From positions 350 to 64,349 of the forward strand of contig CAURKK010000003.1 in assembly GCA_963525505.1 (NCBI GenBank): 64,000 nt of DNA, given 5' to 3'. The notes below the pieces were generated by a model that made no database searches, was not told the origin of the DNA, and worked only from the letters and a program-made list of their open reading frames with translations. Position 1 is the first letter of the stretch. Each line of letters starts with the position of its first letter. This DNA is from an uncultured Gemella sp. Its GTDB lineage: Bacteria > Bacillota > Bacilli > Staphylococcales > Gemellaceae. A program made the position numbers and the translations under genes. Of this stretch, positions 62,624 through 64,000 are shown in pieces.

Positions 62624-64000
62624 TTACCGATTATTTCTTGTACCATTATTATTCGTGGTTCCGTTTGTATTCCTTCCAGGTACAGCTACGTTACCATTAT
62701 TTCTAGTTGTAGTATTTGAATTGGAATTACCATTCTGATTTCTAGTAGTGTTATTATTTTCATCTGAATTATTATCATTTCTACTATTATCACTATTGTC
62801 ATTATTATCGTTATTATTTCTTCTTTCTTGTTCTTCTTTATTACGTCTATTTTCTTCTTCTATTTGACGACGTTCACTATCAGAAATAACTTTAACCCCA
62901 CCATTTATAGATCCAACATTTCCTGGAACAGAGAATCCTTTTGGCGGATGTATTCTAACAATATTCTGCATATTTATTCGATACAATGCTTGTGTCTTCT
63001 GAGTATCATCTTGAGTCATATACTTCGTAGGACCATCTATTGCATCAAATCCTTGCCACACAGCCATTGTATAGTTACTTGTATAACCTATCGTCCATGA
63101 ATCTTTCGAATAGTTATTTATATCGAAACCGAATTTCTGAGCTTCACCTTCACCAAAAGTAGTAGTACCTGTTTTAACTGCCATATCCGCTCCACTAATT
63201 CGTGCATTTGCAGCAGTCCCATTAACTACATTTCTTAACATAGATGTCATGATATATGCTGTAGAATCTTTAATAACTCGTTTTCTATCATCAGTACTGA
63301 AGCTTTTCACTTCAGTTCCTTCACTATCATATACTTTCTTAATTGCTTTAGGTGTTGCATAATATCCACCGTTACTAAATGGAACATATGCTCCTGCCAT
63401 TTGTAATGGTGAGAATCCGTCACTACTTCCTCCAATTGGAGTTGTAATTGAATCATCTGTAATATTCATTCCAACATTAGCTGCGTATTGTTTTACTCTA
63501 TTGAATCCTACTTCTTGATAAGTCTTAATAGCAGCTATATTATTCGACCATACCAATGCATTATTAATAGTTATATTTCCATGGTATTGTCTATCCCAGT
63601 TTTGGATTTCTGAACCTTGTATCTTAGTATCATTAACAGTATGGTCAGATCCCCAGTTTAAGTACTCAATTGCAGGTCCATATGGAAGTATTGGTTTGAT
63701 AGACGAACCAGGTTGAAGTTTTGCTTGTGTTGCAATATTAAATCCATGGAATGTTTGTTTTTTACCACCGTATAATGCCGCAATACCACTATTTTCATTA
63801 TTTAATACAACCATCGCAACATTGCTAGCCTGTTTAATTCCAGCATAGTTCGCATTTACACTCTCTGTTAAAGTATCTTGAATTTTAGTATCTAAATTTG
63901 TATAAATTTTTAATCCAAGATTAAGCACATCACCTTCATAATCTTTATACTCTTTACTATTTCTTAGTTCGTTAACTATTTGATTCATATAAGAAGTATA
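62624..64000 (-). CDS. Class A penicillin-binding protein (PBP1A-like), 3' part; truncated by window edge
   Basis: SxxK (SSIK), SxN (SNN), KTG motifs; Asn-rich C-terminal tail. Confidence 0.88.
   Translation of the reverse strand, partial: YTSYMNQIVNELRNSKEYKDYEGDVLNLGLKIYTNLDTKIQDTLTESVNANYAGIKQASNVAMVVLNNENSGIAALYGGKKQTFHGFNIATQAKLQPGSSIKPILPYGPAIEYLNWGSDHTVNDTKIQGSEIQNWDRQYHGNITINNALVWSNNIAAIKTYQEVGFNRVKQYAANVGMNITDDSITTPIGGSSDGFSPLQMAGAYVPFSNGGYYATPKAIKKVYDSEGTEVKSFSTDDRKRVIKDSTAYIMTSMLRNVVNGTAANARISGADMAVKTGTTTFGEGEAQKFGFDINNYSKDSWTIGYTSNYTMAVWQGFDAIDGPTKYMTQDDTQKTQALYRINMQNIVRIHPPKGFSVPGNVGSINGGVKVISDSERRQIEEENRRNKEEQERRNNNDNNDNSDNSRNDNNSDENNNTTRNQNGNSNSNTTTRNNGNVAVPGRNTNGTTNNNGTRNNR

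Noticed and set aside
62640..62860. ATT/GTT-rich repeat-like tract
   Set aside because: Encodes the Asn-rich disordered C-terminal tail of the class A PBP, a common feature
2658..63100. Numerous 60-120-aa ORFs antisense to or nested in housekeeping genes (e.g. 2658, 15728, 32620, 38375, 48408, 61282, 62828)
   Set aside because: Shadow frames of well-supported genes

Overview
AT-rich Firmicute (Bacilli) chromosomal window, most likely Gemella-like; the genus is inferred from gene content, a large Bacillus-type SRP RNA and a T-box. Most of the window is housekeeping or metabolic DNA: rlmD, obgE, two tRNAs, rpmG, dinB, rnj, rnhB, rbgA, two Met ABC systems, glmU/purR, gdh, polA, a maltose/alpha-glucoside operon, pgi, rapZ and pbp1a. 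The accessory part is a ~10.7 kb phage-satellite (PICI-like) element, 4299-15022, integrated at the 3' end of rpmG between 65-bp direct repeats. It carries an integrase, a repressor/Cro switch, an excisionase-like gene, an AAA Rep with an iteron origin and a RinA-like regulator, but no recognisable capsid or terminase genes. Its cargo is rich in non-coding RNA. (i) A PBECR4-like putative RNase lies behind a ~255-nt multi-hairpin, possibly pseudoknotted leader RNA that contains a 6-codon ORF with a perfect SD; this is a candidate new RNA-antitoxin/defence system. (ii) An AbiF/AbiD-like HEPN toxin has an upstream hairpin RNA and terminator. (iii) Two orphan promoter-hairpin-U-tract sRNA cassettes have no ORF and could be decoy antitoxins. 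(iv) A ~770-bp non-coding array of different 9-11-bp tandem dimers alternates with a constant TATATAGGTTTT-like motif around a possible packaging site. All family assignments come from recognising motifs by eye; no database searches were run.
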